Source: an uncultured Acidimicrobiia bacterium
GTDB taxonomy: Bacteria > Actinomycetota > Acidimicrobiia > IMCC26256 > JAENVU01
Direction of reading: 5' to 3'
Assembly (NCBI GenBank): GCA_963848485.1
Contig: CAWKDX010000009.1
Coordinates: forward strand, 324,954 to 388,953
DNA length: 64,000 bases
The notes under the pieces are model-generated. The model was given only the letters and a program-made list of their open reading frames with translations, was not told the origin of the DNA and did not search any database. Shown piece after piece: positions 1 to 9,999 of this stretch (its first letter is position 1; each line of letters opens with the position of its first letter). Made by a program: the position numbers and the translations under genes.

Positions 1-1026
1 ATCGGCCTCGGCTCCGTGTTCATCTCCGAGCGGTTCAACACCAAGGACGCGTGCGCCCTGAGCGGCGCGGCCGGCGCGGTGAGCACGACGCTCGGCGTCG
101 CGACCGCGGCGACGAACCACAACACGCGTCACGTGCTCGTCACCGCGACGTTCGGCACGACGATGCACCGCCTCACCGAAGGTCGCTTCACACTCGGGCT
201 CGGGCGCGGCTTCGACATGCTCTTCGACGTCATGGGCGTCCCGCGGGTGACGATGGCGCAGCTCGAGGACGTCATGGGACTGCTCCGCCGGCTCTGGCAC
301 GGAGAGGCGATCATGGGTCACGACGGTCCGGCCGGCCGGTTCCCCTACCTGAACCAGGACTCCTCGTTCGACGAGGACATCCCGATCCTGCTGACCGCGA
401 TCGGGGAGCGGACCCTCGAGTTCTCGGGTGCACACGCGGACGCGGTCGTCCTGCACACGTTCTTCACCGACGACACACTCGCCCGGAGCGTCGCCGCGGT
501 CCGGCGCGGCGCCCTGGCCGCGGGTCGAGATCCGTCCTCGGTGCGGGTGTGGTCCGTGCTCGCGACCGTCGGCGACCACATCGACGAAGAGCTGCGGCTC
601 AAGAAGCTCGTCGGCCGGCTCGGCACCTATCTCCAGGGCTACGGCGACCTGCTCGTGCGGGTGAACGGTTGGGACCCGGCGGTGCTCGAGGCGTTCCGTG
701 CCGATCCGGTGGTGCAGGGCATCGGCGGCGCGCTCGACGCGATCGCGACGCCCGACGAGCTGCGCCACATCGCGACGTTGCTCCCGGACGAGTGGCTCGC
801 CGCCTCGGCTACGGGGACGGCCTCCGAGTGCGCGGCCCGGGTCATCGACCAGTTCGAGGCCGGTGCGGACAGCGTGATCCTCCACGGCGCGACGCCCGAC
901 GAGCTCGCGCCCGTCGTGGAGGCGTACCGCGCCGTCCGTCCCGCCGGTCGGTTCGAGGCCCAGGCCGCGAACCCCGGCGTCACGCCGTCGTTCGCGCAGG
1001 CGTTGAAGCCGCGGCCCGCGGTCTGA
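1..1026 (+). CDS. Luciferase-like (LLM class) F420-dependent oxidoreductase, 5' end outside window
   Basis: One uninterrupted frame from the window edge to TGA 1024-1026 (ORF 16..1026; the GTG at 16 is probably internal). LLM-type motifs FISERFN, GRFTLGLGRGF and ADSVILHGATPDE, with strong GC3 bias. Family assigned from motif recall only. Confidence 0.75.
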   Translation: MGLGSVFISERFNTKDACALSGAAGAVSTTLGVATAATNHNTRHVLVTATFGTTMHRLTEGRFTLGLGRGFDMLFDVMGVPRVTMAQLEDVMGLLRRLWHGEAIMGHDGPAGRFPYLNQDSSFDEDIPILLTAIGERTLEFSGAHADAVVLHTFFTDDTLARSVAAVRRGALAAGRDPSSVRVWSVLATVGDHIDEELRLKKLVGRLGTYLQGYGDLLVRVNGWDPAVLEAFRADPVVQGIGGALDAIATPDELRHIATLLPDEWLAASATGTASECAARVIDQFEAGADSVILHGATPDELAPVVEAYRAVRPAGRFEAQAANPGVTPSFAQALKPRPAV

Positions 1027-1042
1027 ACGAGCCGGAAACGAG

Positions 1043-1868
1043 TCAGCGGGGCGGTTCGAGTCGGGCCGCGACCTCGCGGTAGCGCGAGACGGGGACGAGA
1101 TGCGACGCCGTCGAACGCGCCGCTCTCGCGGATGCGCTCCACGTACTCGCACGCAAGCTCGACACCCGCGTTCCGGTCCGCTTCGACCGCGTGCACCCAT
1201 TCGTCGGGGATGTCGATCTCGCGGATGTCGTCGCTCAGCTTGCGGGCCATGCCCGCGCTCGCGAGCACCATGACGCCCGCATAGACCGGGCCGTCGAACT
1301 GCAGTGAGTCGCGCCAGCGCAGGAGCGGGTCCAGCGAGAACGTCACCTGGGCGAACAGGAAGTCCGCGGTCTGCTTGCGTGCGGGCAGCGGCGCGAGCCG
1401 TGACGTCACCCCGAGCCGGAACGCCGGGAAGCCGTCGAACGCCGCACCCTCGGAGAACATGCGGATGTCGTCGAGCATGCTGCCGATGGTGAGCCCGTCG
1501 CCGACCGCACCCGGCTGGGACCGGTCGCCGTAGACGAGCAGGAACTCGTTGACGCCGTACGCGGCCGCGGTGAGCACGTCGCGGCGGAGCCCGAGCACGT
1601 TGCGGTCGCGAGCGTTGACGCACGCGACGGACCGTCCGCCCATCAGCTGGACCTCGTGCGCCACGGCGACGCTCGAGACCGTCGCCCGACCGAGGTGGTT
1701 GTCCGGGATGAGGAACCCGGAGGCGACCTTGCTCAGCACGCCGATCTGATGACGGGCGTGCGTGAGATCCGGCTTCGTCGGCGGCTCGATCTCGCAGATC
1801 AGCTCGAACGGTCGTGCTCCTGCCACCGCGTCAGCGTACCGGCGCAGCTCAGCCGTCGAGGGCGGCAT
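1043..1868 (-). CDS. Methylenetetrahydrofolate reductase family protein (actinobacterial MetF-like), one frameshift near 1100
   Basis: MPPSTAELRRYADAV..FELICEIEPPTKPDL..LLVYGD..FAQVTFSLDPLLRW..ERIRESGAFDGV lies in the frame of ORF 639..2300. After ~1100 the sensible continuation HLVPVSRYREVAARLEPPR-TGA (1043-1045) is in another frame. The 553-aa ORF is a read-through artefact. Confidence 0.7.
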
Positions 1869-2217
1869 TGATCGTGTCGGCACCGGCGAACGGCAGGTCG
1901 GTGAGCTGGCGCGGCAGGGCCTCGAGGCCGTCGTCTTCGAGGACCGCGGCGATCGCGTCGTTCGAGCCGCCGACGTAGGTCCAGGCGCCGTCGACCTCCG
2001 TCGCGACGAACCATGCGTGATCGTCGGGCCACCACAGGTTGGGCGAGCGGTCGAAGCTCGCATTCGCCATCGATTCGGACGCGGCAGCGATCGGGCCCGA
2101 CCCCAGCAGGTAGCCGCGCTGCGGAAGCGCGATACGAGCTGCAACCTCGGGACGGCCGAAGTCCGCCCGTCCCTCCGCGGGCTGATCCAATCGCCCTCGG
2201 CGGCGTCGTCGAGCCAC
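1849..2217 (-). CDS. Hypothetical small protein (..NLWWPDDHAWFVATEVDGAWTYVGGS..)
   Basis: ORF 1849..2217 with good GC3. The true start may be the ATG at 2240 in the neighbouring frame (MAGAELSGWLDDAAEGDW..) if a frameshift near 2185 is repaired. Overlaps the MetF-like start by 20 nt. No family recognised. Confidence 0.45.
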   Translation of the reverse strand: MARRRRRGRLDQPAEGRADFGRPEVAARIALPQRGYLLGSGPIAAASESMANASFDRSPNLWWPDDHAWFVATEVDGAWTYVGGSNDAIAAVLEDDGLEALPRQLTDLPFAGADTINAALDG

Positions 2218-2316
2218 CCGCTCAGCTCCGCTCCTGCCATCGCGTCATCGTTGCCGCTCGGAGCATCGCCCCTGCGCCATTTCGGTCCGAGGAATGGCAC
2301 GGCCCTGGCCTTGCTA

Positions 2317-2339
2317 TCGAACGTATGTTCGTGTAGGGT
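2317..2339 (+). promoter_or_regulatory. Candidate LexA (SOS) box TCGAAC-GTAT-GTTCGT followed by -10-like TAGGGT
   Basis: 2317-2332 matches 11 of 12 defined positions of the mycobacterial SOS box TCGAAC-N4-GTTCGA. TAGGGT (TANNNT) lies at 2334-2339. The site is about 60 nt upstream of the DUF222/HNH start. Confidence 0.6.
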
Positions 2340-2397
2340 GTGGGGACCTTCTCCGGTCGCTTCCCCGGTCCTGGTGTTGGTGTTCGGTTGGGAGCGC

Positions 2398-3585
2398 GTG
2401 GTGTTGGAGGTGGTGTCGGAGTCGATCGCGTCGGTGCGTCAGTTGGTGGCGACGTTGGATCCTTCGGTGTTGTCGGGTGCGCAGGCCAAGGCGCTGGTCG
2501 AGGACTTCTCGGTGCTGGAGCGGTTGGCGGGGGCGGGCAAGACGTTGGCGGCGGGTCGGTTGGCGCAGACCGGCGCGTGGACGGTGGACGGGTCGCATCG
2601 CGATGTCGGCGCCTGGATGGCTTCGGTGACGGGCACGACGGTGGGGCAGGCCCGGGCGACGATCGAGACCGCGCAACGGTTGGGTTCTCTGGGTGAGACG
2701 GCCGCGGTGTTCCGGTCGGGGGCGTTGTCCGGTGTGCAGGTCGATGCGATCGCGACGGCCGCATCGGCTGACCCTTCGGCGGAGGGGTCGTTGTTGGAGC
2801 ACGCGTCGACCGATGGGGTGCGCGGGTTGCGGTCGGCGTGCGCGGCGGTCGAGGCCGCGGCCTCGACCGATCAAGCCGAGCGGTACGAGGCGTGCCGGGC
2901 GCGGCGCAGCTTGCGGCACCGGCGGATCTCCGACGTCGAAGGCGTGGTGGAGATGCGGGGACCGCTCGATGTGACCGCGCGGGTCATGGCCGCGCTCGCG
3001 CCCCACGAAGCGGAGCGGTTCGAGCAGGCCCGATCGTCGGGTCGCCGGGAGCACCCCGAGTGCTTGGCGTTCGATGCCCTCGCGCAGCTGGCCGACGAGT
3101 CCGCCGCCGTCGCGCAGCAGTCGAACGGGAACCGGGCGCCCGCCACGGTCGTGGCCCATGTCGACCACTCGGCGTTCACCCGGGGCTGGACCGAACCCGG
3201 CGAGTCCTGCGAGATCACGGGCATCGGACCGGTGCCGGTGTTCGTGGTGCGCAAGCTGGCATCCGACGCGATCCTCAAAGCGCTGATCACCGACGGGACC
3301 GACATCCGCTCGGTCAGTCATCTCGGTCGCACCATCCCGGCCCGGCTCCGCACCGCGATCGGCGCGGTGTACCCGGAGTGCGTGATCGCCGGTTGTCACC
3401 TCGACCGGCACCTCGAGCTCGACCACAACACCCCCGTGTGCGAAGGCGGGCTCACCGAGCTCGACAACCTCGCGCCGCTCTGCCACTTCCACCACGACGA
3501 CAAGACGATCCACAACCTCCGCGTCGAAGGCACCGGCACCAACCGCCGACTCGTCCCCACCCCACGACCACCACCCCAACCATGA
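2398..3585 (+). CDS. DUF222 / HNH endonuclease family protein (mycobacterial 13E12-repeat type)
   Basis: Intact frame (3' part of ORF 1762..3585). Start taken at GTG 2398 (alternatives 2401-2410). C-terminal HNH signature CHLDRHLELDHNTPVCEGGLTELDNLAPLCHFHHDDK. The N-terminal ~300 aa resemble DUF222. Confidence 0.85.
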   Translation: MVLEVVSESIASVRQLVATLDPSVLSGAQAKALVEDFSVLERLAGAGKTLAAGRLAQTGAWTVDGSHRDVGAWMASVTGTTVGQARATIETAQRLGSLGETAAVFRSGALSGVQVDAIATAASADPSAEGSLLEHASTDGVRGLRSACAAVEAAASTDQAERYEACRARRSLRHRRISDVEGVVEMRGPLDVTARVMAALAPHEAERFEQARSSGRREHPECLAFDALAQLADESAAVAQQSNGNRAPATVVAHVDHSAFTRGWTEPGESCEITGIGPVPVFVVRKLASDAILKALITDGTDIRSVSHLGRTIPARLRTAIGAVYPECVIAGCHLDRHLELDHNTPVCEGGLTELDNLAPLCHFHHDDKTIHNLRVEGTGTNRRLVPTPRPPPQP

Positions 3586-3648
3586 CCGCTCGACACTCGG
3601 ACGCGAACAGCCACCAGTTCGGCGGAACCGGCTGCCGCGCTCGCAGAC

Positions 3649-5650
3649 CTAGCTGGCGCGGCGGCGGGCCTGGCGGTGCTCGAGGAAGTCGACGAGGACG
3701 TAATCGCCGAGGTTGTCCGGGCTGGTGAAGAAGGCGCGGCCGTTGTTCATCTTCATCATGCGGCGCACGAAGTCCTGGAGGTACGGGCTCTCGTCGAGCA
3801 TGAAGGTGTTGATCCGGATGCCCGAGCGCGTGCAGCGCTGCACCTCGCGCAGCGTCTCCTCGATCGTGATCGCCGACGGCGGGTACTGGAACACTGCTTC
3901 GCCGTGATCGATGTGGGCGGTCGGCTCGCCGTCCGTGACCATGATGATCTGCTTGGTGCCGCTCTCCCGCTCGAGCTGGGTGCGGGCGAGGAGCATCGCG
4001 TGCTGCATGTTCGTGCCCCACTCGAAGTCCCAGCTCATCTCGGGGAGCAGCTGCGGCTTCACCTCACGGGCGACCCGACCGAACGCGACGAGCCCGAAGT
4101 AGTCGCGCGGGAACTGCGTCGTGATGAGCGAGTGCAACGCCATCGCGACCTTCTTGGCCGGGAGGAAGTTGTCGCGCATCGGCATGGACAGCGACACGTC
4201 GAGCATGAGCACGGTCGCGGATCGGGTGAGCAGCTCGGTGCGCTCGACCTCGAAGTCCTCGGGCGAGAGGTTCACCGGCGTGCCCGAGCCCTGACGCCAG
4301 ATCGCGTTCTTGACGGTCTGCTCCACGTTGAGGTGGAACGGGTCGCCGAACTCGTAGGGCTTGTGCTCGTACGCCCGCTCGTGGCCGACACCGACGCGCT
4401 CGACCTCGTGGCGGCCGGCCTTGTTCTTCATCATCTTGCGGAACAGGTCGCCGAGCGCCTGCTGGCCCAACGCACGCACACCCTTGGGCGTGAGCTCGAA
4501 CCGGCCCTCGCGCTGGTCGATGAGCCCGGCCTCCTCGAGGATCTTCGCGAGGTCCTGGAGCCGCTCGAGCGAACGGGCGGAGTCCTCGCCGAGCAGGTCG
4601 CGGGCCTGGTCGATGTCGACCTCGGCGAGCTGGCCCGGTTGGGTCGCGTTCTTCAACATGTTCTCGAGCTGGTCGAGATCGCCGAGCGTCTCGAGCACGC
4701 TCGACATCTGGCCGAACTGCATCGGGTCGTCGCCGCTGAAGCTCTGGCGCTTGTTCCACGGCATGTCGGGGAACGCCTGCTGCAGGTTGCGCGACAGCTC
4801 GTCCATCTGCCAGCGCAGGTCCATGTCCTCGAGCAGCGCCTGCGCAAGCCCCTGGAGCTGCGCGCGCTGCTCGGGGGTCATCGAGTTGAGCATCTGCTGC
4901 ATCGCCGCCATCGAGCGGGCCATCTGCTCGAGCAGCTCGTCGAGGTTCTTCGGGTTCCCGGGGAAGAAGTCGCCGTACTGCTCCATGAAGCTGTCGAAGT
5001 CCGGCTCCTCGCCCCGCTCCCGCTGCTCGAGCATCTGGTTCAGCTCGGCGAGCATGTCCTTCATGCGCGCCATCTGCTCGGGCGACACGTCCTTCATGCC
5101 TTCGGCCATCTGGTTGAAGTAGCTCTGCATGAGCTGCTGGCGCAGCTCGTCCATCAGCTCCTCGAACCGCTGCCGGGCGGCGTCGTCCATGAAGTCGTAC
5201 TCCTGCATCGCCTGGACCCGACCCGCGAGGTCCGGCGGCATGAGCTCGAGCTCCATCTGGCGCGCCTGCGCCAGGTCTTCGGTGATCTCCTTGCGGCGCT
5301 GGTCGCCGGAGTCGCGCGCGTCCGACACCCGCTGCTCGATCCCGGCCTGCTCCTGCTCCAGGATCTCGTCGAGCTGGTCGGCGATGTCGTCGTACACGCC
5401 ACCGAGGTCGTGGCTTCTCGAGCTCCTCGCGCCGGCGTTGGCGCAGCTTCTCGAGCATCTCCCGCATGCCGTCGAGCCGCTCCCCGTTGCGGTCCTGGAA
5501 CCCCTGCTGGAGCATCCGGCGCAGCGCCGCGTTGAGATCGCCGTGGTAGAGGAGATCGTCGGACATCTCCGCGAGCAGCGCGTCGGCGTCGAGATCGAAC
5601 CCGACCTGCGTGCCGTCCCAGCGTGAGTATTGGAAGGCGGAACGCGGCAT
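3649..5650 (-). CDS. von Willebrand factor A (VWA) domain protein, partner type of ChlI/MoxR-like ATPases; one frameshift near 5413
   Basis: The N-terminal 80 aa (MPRSAFQYSRWDGTQVGFDLDADALLAEMSDDLLYHGDLNAALRRML..) are in the ORF 4064..5869 frame. The rest (HDLGGVYDDIADQLDEI...) is in the ORF 3649..6492 frame. C-terminal VWA fold with MIDAS DVSLSM and ..IIMVTDGEPTAH. Long acidic helical middle region. Confidence 0.8.
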
Positions 5651-5744
5651 GCCCCGAGGGTATCGCTTTCCCCCGCCTCCGATTCCGGCGCCCGACGGCC
5701 CGCTCGACTCGGCGTCGGGCGCCGGATCAGGACACAATCGGCGC

Positions 5745-6120
5745 ATGCGCCGACCCCTCGCCCTCGCCACCGCGGCGGTATGCCTCGTCGCGTTCTCGGG
5801 CCTCGCGGGGTGCAAGGAGAGCGAGGATGCGGCGTCCAACCTCCCCCGGCCCTCGGTCGCGTTCTGCAAGGCCGCCGGCCACTACGACAACCAGATCCAG
5901 TCGGCGAAGCTCCCCCAGCAGATCGAGATGGTCGCCAAGATCGCGGCGGCCGCGCCGAAGGACGTCGTCGCGCGACGCGCAGACGTTCCTCGACGCGCTG
6001 AAGAAGCGCAGCGAGGGCGACACGTCGGTCGTCGACAACCCGAAGATCAAGACGGCGATCGACCACGTCAACCGCCGGGCCGGTCAAGACTGCGGCTGGT
6101 ACAAGCGCAACGGCATGTGA
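5745..6120 (+). CDS. Putative lipoprotein, one frameshift near 5968
   Basis: MRRPLALATAAVCLVAFSGLAGC gives a signal peptide plus lipobox LAGC (ATG 5745, frame of ORF 5610..6632). The C-terminal half ..AQTFLDALKKRSEGDTSVVDNPKIKTAIDHVNRRAGQDCGWYKRNGM-TGA is in the frame of ORF 5623..6120. Confidence 0.6.
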
Positions 6121-6163
6121 CACCGACCGTCGACGGACGGGAGAGCGCGGAGCGGAGTGGAGG

Positions 6164-7564
6164 TCAGCCGCGGGAGCGGTACGTGGCGCGGCTGCCGACC
6201 GCGTCCTTGTTGAGCCGCTTCGCGAGGTGGAGTCCCTCGAGCACGAACTCGATCGCGGACGCGAGGCCCGCCGGGGTCTCCCCCACGCCGAGGTCACCGA
6301 GTGCCTCGCGCATCCCCGGCGTCTCGGCGACGAGCGCCGCGTACTCGGACGACGCGACGTCCTCACCGGTGTGCACGACCCGGCCGTCGTCGAATGCGTG
6401 CACCAGCTCCGCGAGCCGCTCGGCGCGGACCCGCGAGCGGAACACCTCGAGCACGCTCGCCTTGAGGATGCGCTCGAGCACCTGGCCCTCACGACCGTCG
6501 TCGATGGTCTCGATCTCGATCTTGCCGGCGGTGGACGCCACGAGCGCGTCGAGGTCGCTCACGCGGGGCACGACCTCGTGCTCGCCGTTGCGCAGCGAGC
6601 GGCGCATGGCGTTGGCGATCAGCGTCTCGTAGTTGGCGATCGAGAGCCGGACCGACACGCCGGAGCGCTGGTTGACGTGCGGCGAGCGCCGGGCCTGCTG
6701 GCTGATCTCGGCGATGATCTCGGTCATGAAGTCCGGGACCGTCACGACCAGGCCCTCGGCCCCGAGCGGGCGGGCCTCCTGCTCGATGACGTCCATCTCG
6801 GTCTCGACGTCGAGCGGGTAGTGCGTGCGGATCTGCGAGCCGAAGCGGTCCTTCAGCGGCGTGATGATCCGGCCGCGGTTCGTGTAGTCCTCCGGGTTCG
6901 CGGACGCGACGAGCATCACGTCGAGCGGGAGGCGGATCTTGTAGCCGCGGATCTGCACGTCGCGCTCTTCGAGCACGTTGAGCAGACCGACCTGGATGCG
7001 CTCGGCGAGGTCGGGCAGCTCGTTGATCGCGAAGATGCCGCGGTTCGTGCGGGGCACGAGGCCGTAGTGGATCGTCAGCTCGTCCGAGAGGTAGCGGCCT
7101 TCCGCGACCTTGATCGGGTCCACCTCGCCGATGAGGTCCGCGATGGAGGTGTCCGGCGTCGCGAGCTTCTCGCCGAAGCGCCGGTCGCGGTGCACCCAGT
7201 CGATCGGCGTGTCGTCGCCGCGCTCGGCGACGAGCAGGCGCGCGTGGTGCGAGACCGGGTTGTACGGGTCGTCGTTGATCTCGCTGCCCGCGACGATCGG
7301 CATCCACTCGTCGAGCAGCTGGGTGAGCGAGCGGATCATGCGCGTCTTGGCCTGACCGCGCTCGCCGAGGAAGATCACGTCGTGACCCGCGAGCAGCGCG
7401 TTCTCGAGCTGCGGGATGACGGTGTCCTCGTAACCGAGCACACCGGTGACCGGCGCCTCGCCGGCCGAGATCCGCGCGATCGCGTTCGCCCGGACCTCCT
7501 CTTTGACCGGGCGCGACTCCCAGCCGCTCGCTCGAAGGTCACCGAGGGTGGAAGGTCGGCTCAT
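6164..7564 (-). CDS. AAA+ ATPase of the ChlI/BchI (Mg-chelatase-like, MoxR-related) type
   Basis: Intact 466-aa ORF. Walker A GERGQAKT, Walker B-like IFAINELPDL, and ..VMLVASANPEDYTNRGRIITPLKDRFG typical of ChlI-like ATPases. A VWA protein is encoded nearby on the same strand. Confidence 0.85.
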   Translation of the reverse strand: MSRPSTLGDLRASGWESRPVKEEVRANAIARISAGEAPVTGVLGYEDTVIPQLENALLAGHDVIFLGERGQAKTRMIRSLTQLLDEWMPIVAGSEINDDPYNPVSHHARLLVAERGDDTPIDWVHRDRRFGEKLATPDTSIADLIGEVDPIKVAEGRYLSDELTIHYGLVPRTNRGIFAINELPDLAERIQVGLLNVLEERDVQIRGYKIRLPLDVMLVASANPEDYTNRGRIITPLKDRFGSQIRTHYPLDVETEMDVIEQEARPLGAEGLVVTVPDFMTEIIAEISQQARRSPHVNQRSGVSVRLSIANYETLIANAMRRSLRNGEHEVVPRVSDLDALVASTAGKIEIETIDDGREGQVLERILKASVLEVFRSRVRAERLAELVHAFDDGRVVHTGEDVASSEYAALVAETPGMREALGDLGVGETPAGLASAIEFVLEGLHLAKRLNKDAVGSRATYRSRG

Positions 7565-7658
7565 GCCCGCACACTACCCAACCGATCCTCCCACTTCCTC
7601 CCCGCGCCGCCGAGCTCCCAAACTCGCGGAGTGACGCCGGTCTCGTAACCTCCGGACG

Positions 7659-9822
7659 GTGAGCCCGCCCGGTGCATCGTCCGCCCTCACGACGCCTCGC
7701 GACCTTTCCGGCTCGTGGCGGGTGCACACCTCGAACGGGGAGCTCGCGCGCCGGTTCACCGACCCGTCACTCTCCGACGCCGACTGGCCCGAGATCTCGG
7801 TGCCCGGCCACTGGCGCAGCAGCGAGGCGTTCGCGACGAGTGACGGCCCGCTGCTCTACCGCCGGACCTACGAGGGCGCGGACCTCGAGCCCGGCCGCCG
7901 CCGGTTCCTGACCTTCGACGGCATCTTCTACGACGGCGACATCTGGCTCGACGAGGGCTACGTCGGTGCGACCGCGGGCTACTTCTTCCCGCACACGTTC
8001 GAGGTGACCGACCAGGCCCGCCGGGTCCCCGACGGCGGCCACCTGCTCGCGGTCGAGGTCGCGTCGCCGCCGCAGCGCGACCGCACCAAGAAGCGGACCA
8101 TCACCGGGGTGTTCTCCCACTGGGACAACCTCGACCCGGACTGGAACCCCGGCGGCATCTGGCGACCGGTCCGGCTGCGCGACACCGGGCCGGTGCGCAT
8201 CAAGTGGCTGCGCGCGCTGTGCACCGAGGCGACCGAGACCCGCGGCCGGCTGCTGCTCGACGTCACGCTCGACTCCGGGCACCGACCCGCAGCCCGTCCC
8301 GCTCGGCGCGCGGCTCTACGCGACGGTGACCGGGCCGGACGGCGAAGCTGATGGCCGCGACGACGCGGGACCTGACCCTCGCGGCCGGCGACAACACGCT
8401 CAGCCTCACGGTCGAGGTCGACCATCCCCCGCGCTGGTGGCCGTGGCGGCTCGGCGCGCAGCCGCAGTGCGACGTGGAGGTGGTCGTCGAGGTCGACGGC
8501 GTGCCGAGCGACGACCGGCGGCTGCGCACCGCGTTCCGCGAGGTGCGGTTCAAGAGCTGGCAGCTCACCGTCAACGGCGAGCGCATGTTCCCGATGGGCT
8601 CGAACCACGGGCCGACCCGCATGGCGCTGGCCGAGGCCACCGCACCGGAGCTGATCCGCGACGTGCAGCTCGCGGTCGACGCGAACCTCGACCTGCTGCG
8701 CATCCACGCCCACGTCACCCGGCTCGAGCTCTACGACGCGGCCGATGCCGCGGGCCTGCTGCTCTGGCAGGACCTGCCCCTGCAGTGGGGCTACGCGCGC
8801 GGCACCCGCAAGGAGGCGGTGCGCCAGGCCCGCGAGATGGTCGACCTGCTCGGGCACCATCCGAGCATCGCGATGTGGTGCGCGCACAACGAGCCGCTCG
8901 CGCTCGACCTGCAACCCGGCGACCCGATCCGCGGCCGCGACGTCGCGAAGACCGCGGTGTCGATGTTCCTGCCGAGCTGGAACAAGGACGTGCTCGACCG
9001 GTCCGTCGCGCGGGCGCTTGCACAAGGCGGACCCCACCCGTGCGGTCAACCCGCACTCGGGCGTGCTACCCGGGCGTCGGCAGCGGCGGGACCGACACGC
9101 ACTTCTACTTCGGCTGGTACCACGGCAAGATGGACGGCCTCGCGCCCGCGCTGCGCGCGATGCCGCGCCTCGCGCGCTTCGTCACCGAGTTCGGCGCGCA
9201 GGCCGTCCCGGACACTGCCGAGCTTCATGCACCCCGAGCGGTGGCCCGACCTCGACTGGGACGACCTCTTCGAGCACCACGCGCTCCAGAAGCGCTACTT
9301 CGACCTGCACGTCCCGCCCGACGCTGTTCGAGTCGTTCGCCGCGTGGCGCGACGCGACCCAGCACTACCAGGCCGCGCTGATCCAGCTGCAGATCGAGGA
9401 CCTGCGCCGGCTCCGCCACGACCCCACCGGCGGGTTCTGCCACTTCTGCTTCGCCGACGGGCACCCGTCGGTCACGTGGTCCGTGCTCGACCACGATCGG
9501 GTCCCGAAGGCCGGGTACCGGGCGCTCGCCGACGCCTGCCGGACGGTGCTGCCGATGCTCGAGCCCCGGACCGGGCCAGATCCACGTGGTGAACGAGGCC
9601 CGCACGCCCGCTCGACGGACGTCGTGGTCGAGGCCCGGGTGGACGGCGCACCGCCACGGGTGGACGGGGGACGTCGACGCCGACGCCATCGCCTACATCG
9701 GCCGGCTCGAGCTGCCTGCGGACGCGCAGCACGTGACCCTCACGCTGCGCCATCCGTCACTCGCCGAGGTGACCAACTCGTACGACGACGTGCTGGAGTG
9801 GCTCCGTATCGTGTCCGGCTGA
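7659..9822 (+). CDS. Glycoside hydrolase family 2 protein (beta-mannosidase/beta-galactosidase-like), at least 7 frameshifts
   Basis: Pieces from ORFs 7659..8351, 8326..9381, 8351..9592, 8745..9947 and 9586..9822 join into one GH2-like protein. Sugar-binding domain TFDGIFYDGDIWLDEGYVG, TIM-barrel segment LLRIHAHV..LLLWQDLPLQWGY, acid/base WCAHNEP and nucleophile region FVTEFGAQ. Frame changes at about 8283, 8348, 9030, 9075, 9225, 9320 and 9575-9640. Confidence 0.75.
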
Positions 9823-9878
9823 GGTCGAGGGCTAGGTTTCGCGCGAGTTCCGCCGGTGGGGAGAGCACCCGGAAGGGA

Positions 9879-9984
9879 AGAGCGCAGGTGGTAGCGGGCA
9901 CGAAGTGCGGACACCGGAGCGACCCGGACCGAGAGCGCAGGTGGTAGCGGGCACGAAGTGCGGACACCGGAGCGACCCGGACCG
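9879..9984 (+). repeat. Perfect tandem duplication of a 53-bp unit (2 copies) in the sdhC 5' leader
   Basis: 9879-9931 and 9932-9984 are identical: AGAGCGCAGGTGGTAGCGGGCACGAAGTGCGGACACCGGAGCGACCCGGACCG. The second copy ends 15 nt before the sdhC ATG. Related single copies occur at 18938-18987 (reverse) and 20970-21017. Confidence 0.95.
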
Positions 9985-9999
9985 CAGAGCGAGGCGGGG

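Noticed and set aside
639-2300. 553-aa ORF suggesting one large minus-strand protein
   Set aside because: It is a composite: an out-of-frame read through the LLM gene antisense, the MetF-like gene, and part of the small upstream ORF. Only residues from MPPSTAEL.. to ..GAFDGV make sense as one protein.
2222-2764. Proline-rich 180-aa ORF on the - strand
   Set aside because: It is antisense to the well-supported DUF222/HNH gene. The composition (P/T/R/S) is typical of a wrong frame in GC-rich DNA.
2398-3585. Mobile element, prophage or genomic island call around the HNH gene
   Set aside because: No integrase, transposase, terminal repeats or phage genes flank it. DUF222-HNH genes occur as stand-alone multicopy genes in Actinobacteria, so it is annotated as a CDS only.
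3676-5535. 619-aa ORF on the + strand
   Set aside because: It is antisense to the VWA gene. The product is Arg/Leu/His/Glu-rich with no recognisable motifs, the typical shadow ORF of high-GC DNA. The minus-strand frame carries clear VWA/MIDAS features.
7565-7658. C-rich intergenic tract (CCTCCCACTTCCTCCCCGCGCC) as a possible 6C-type small RNA
   Set aside because: There is only one C-rich run and no paired stem-loops enclosing C-rich loops. It is more simply the divergent promoter region of the ATPase and GH2 genes.
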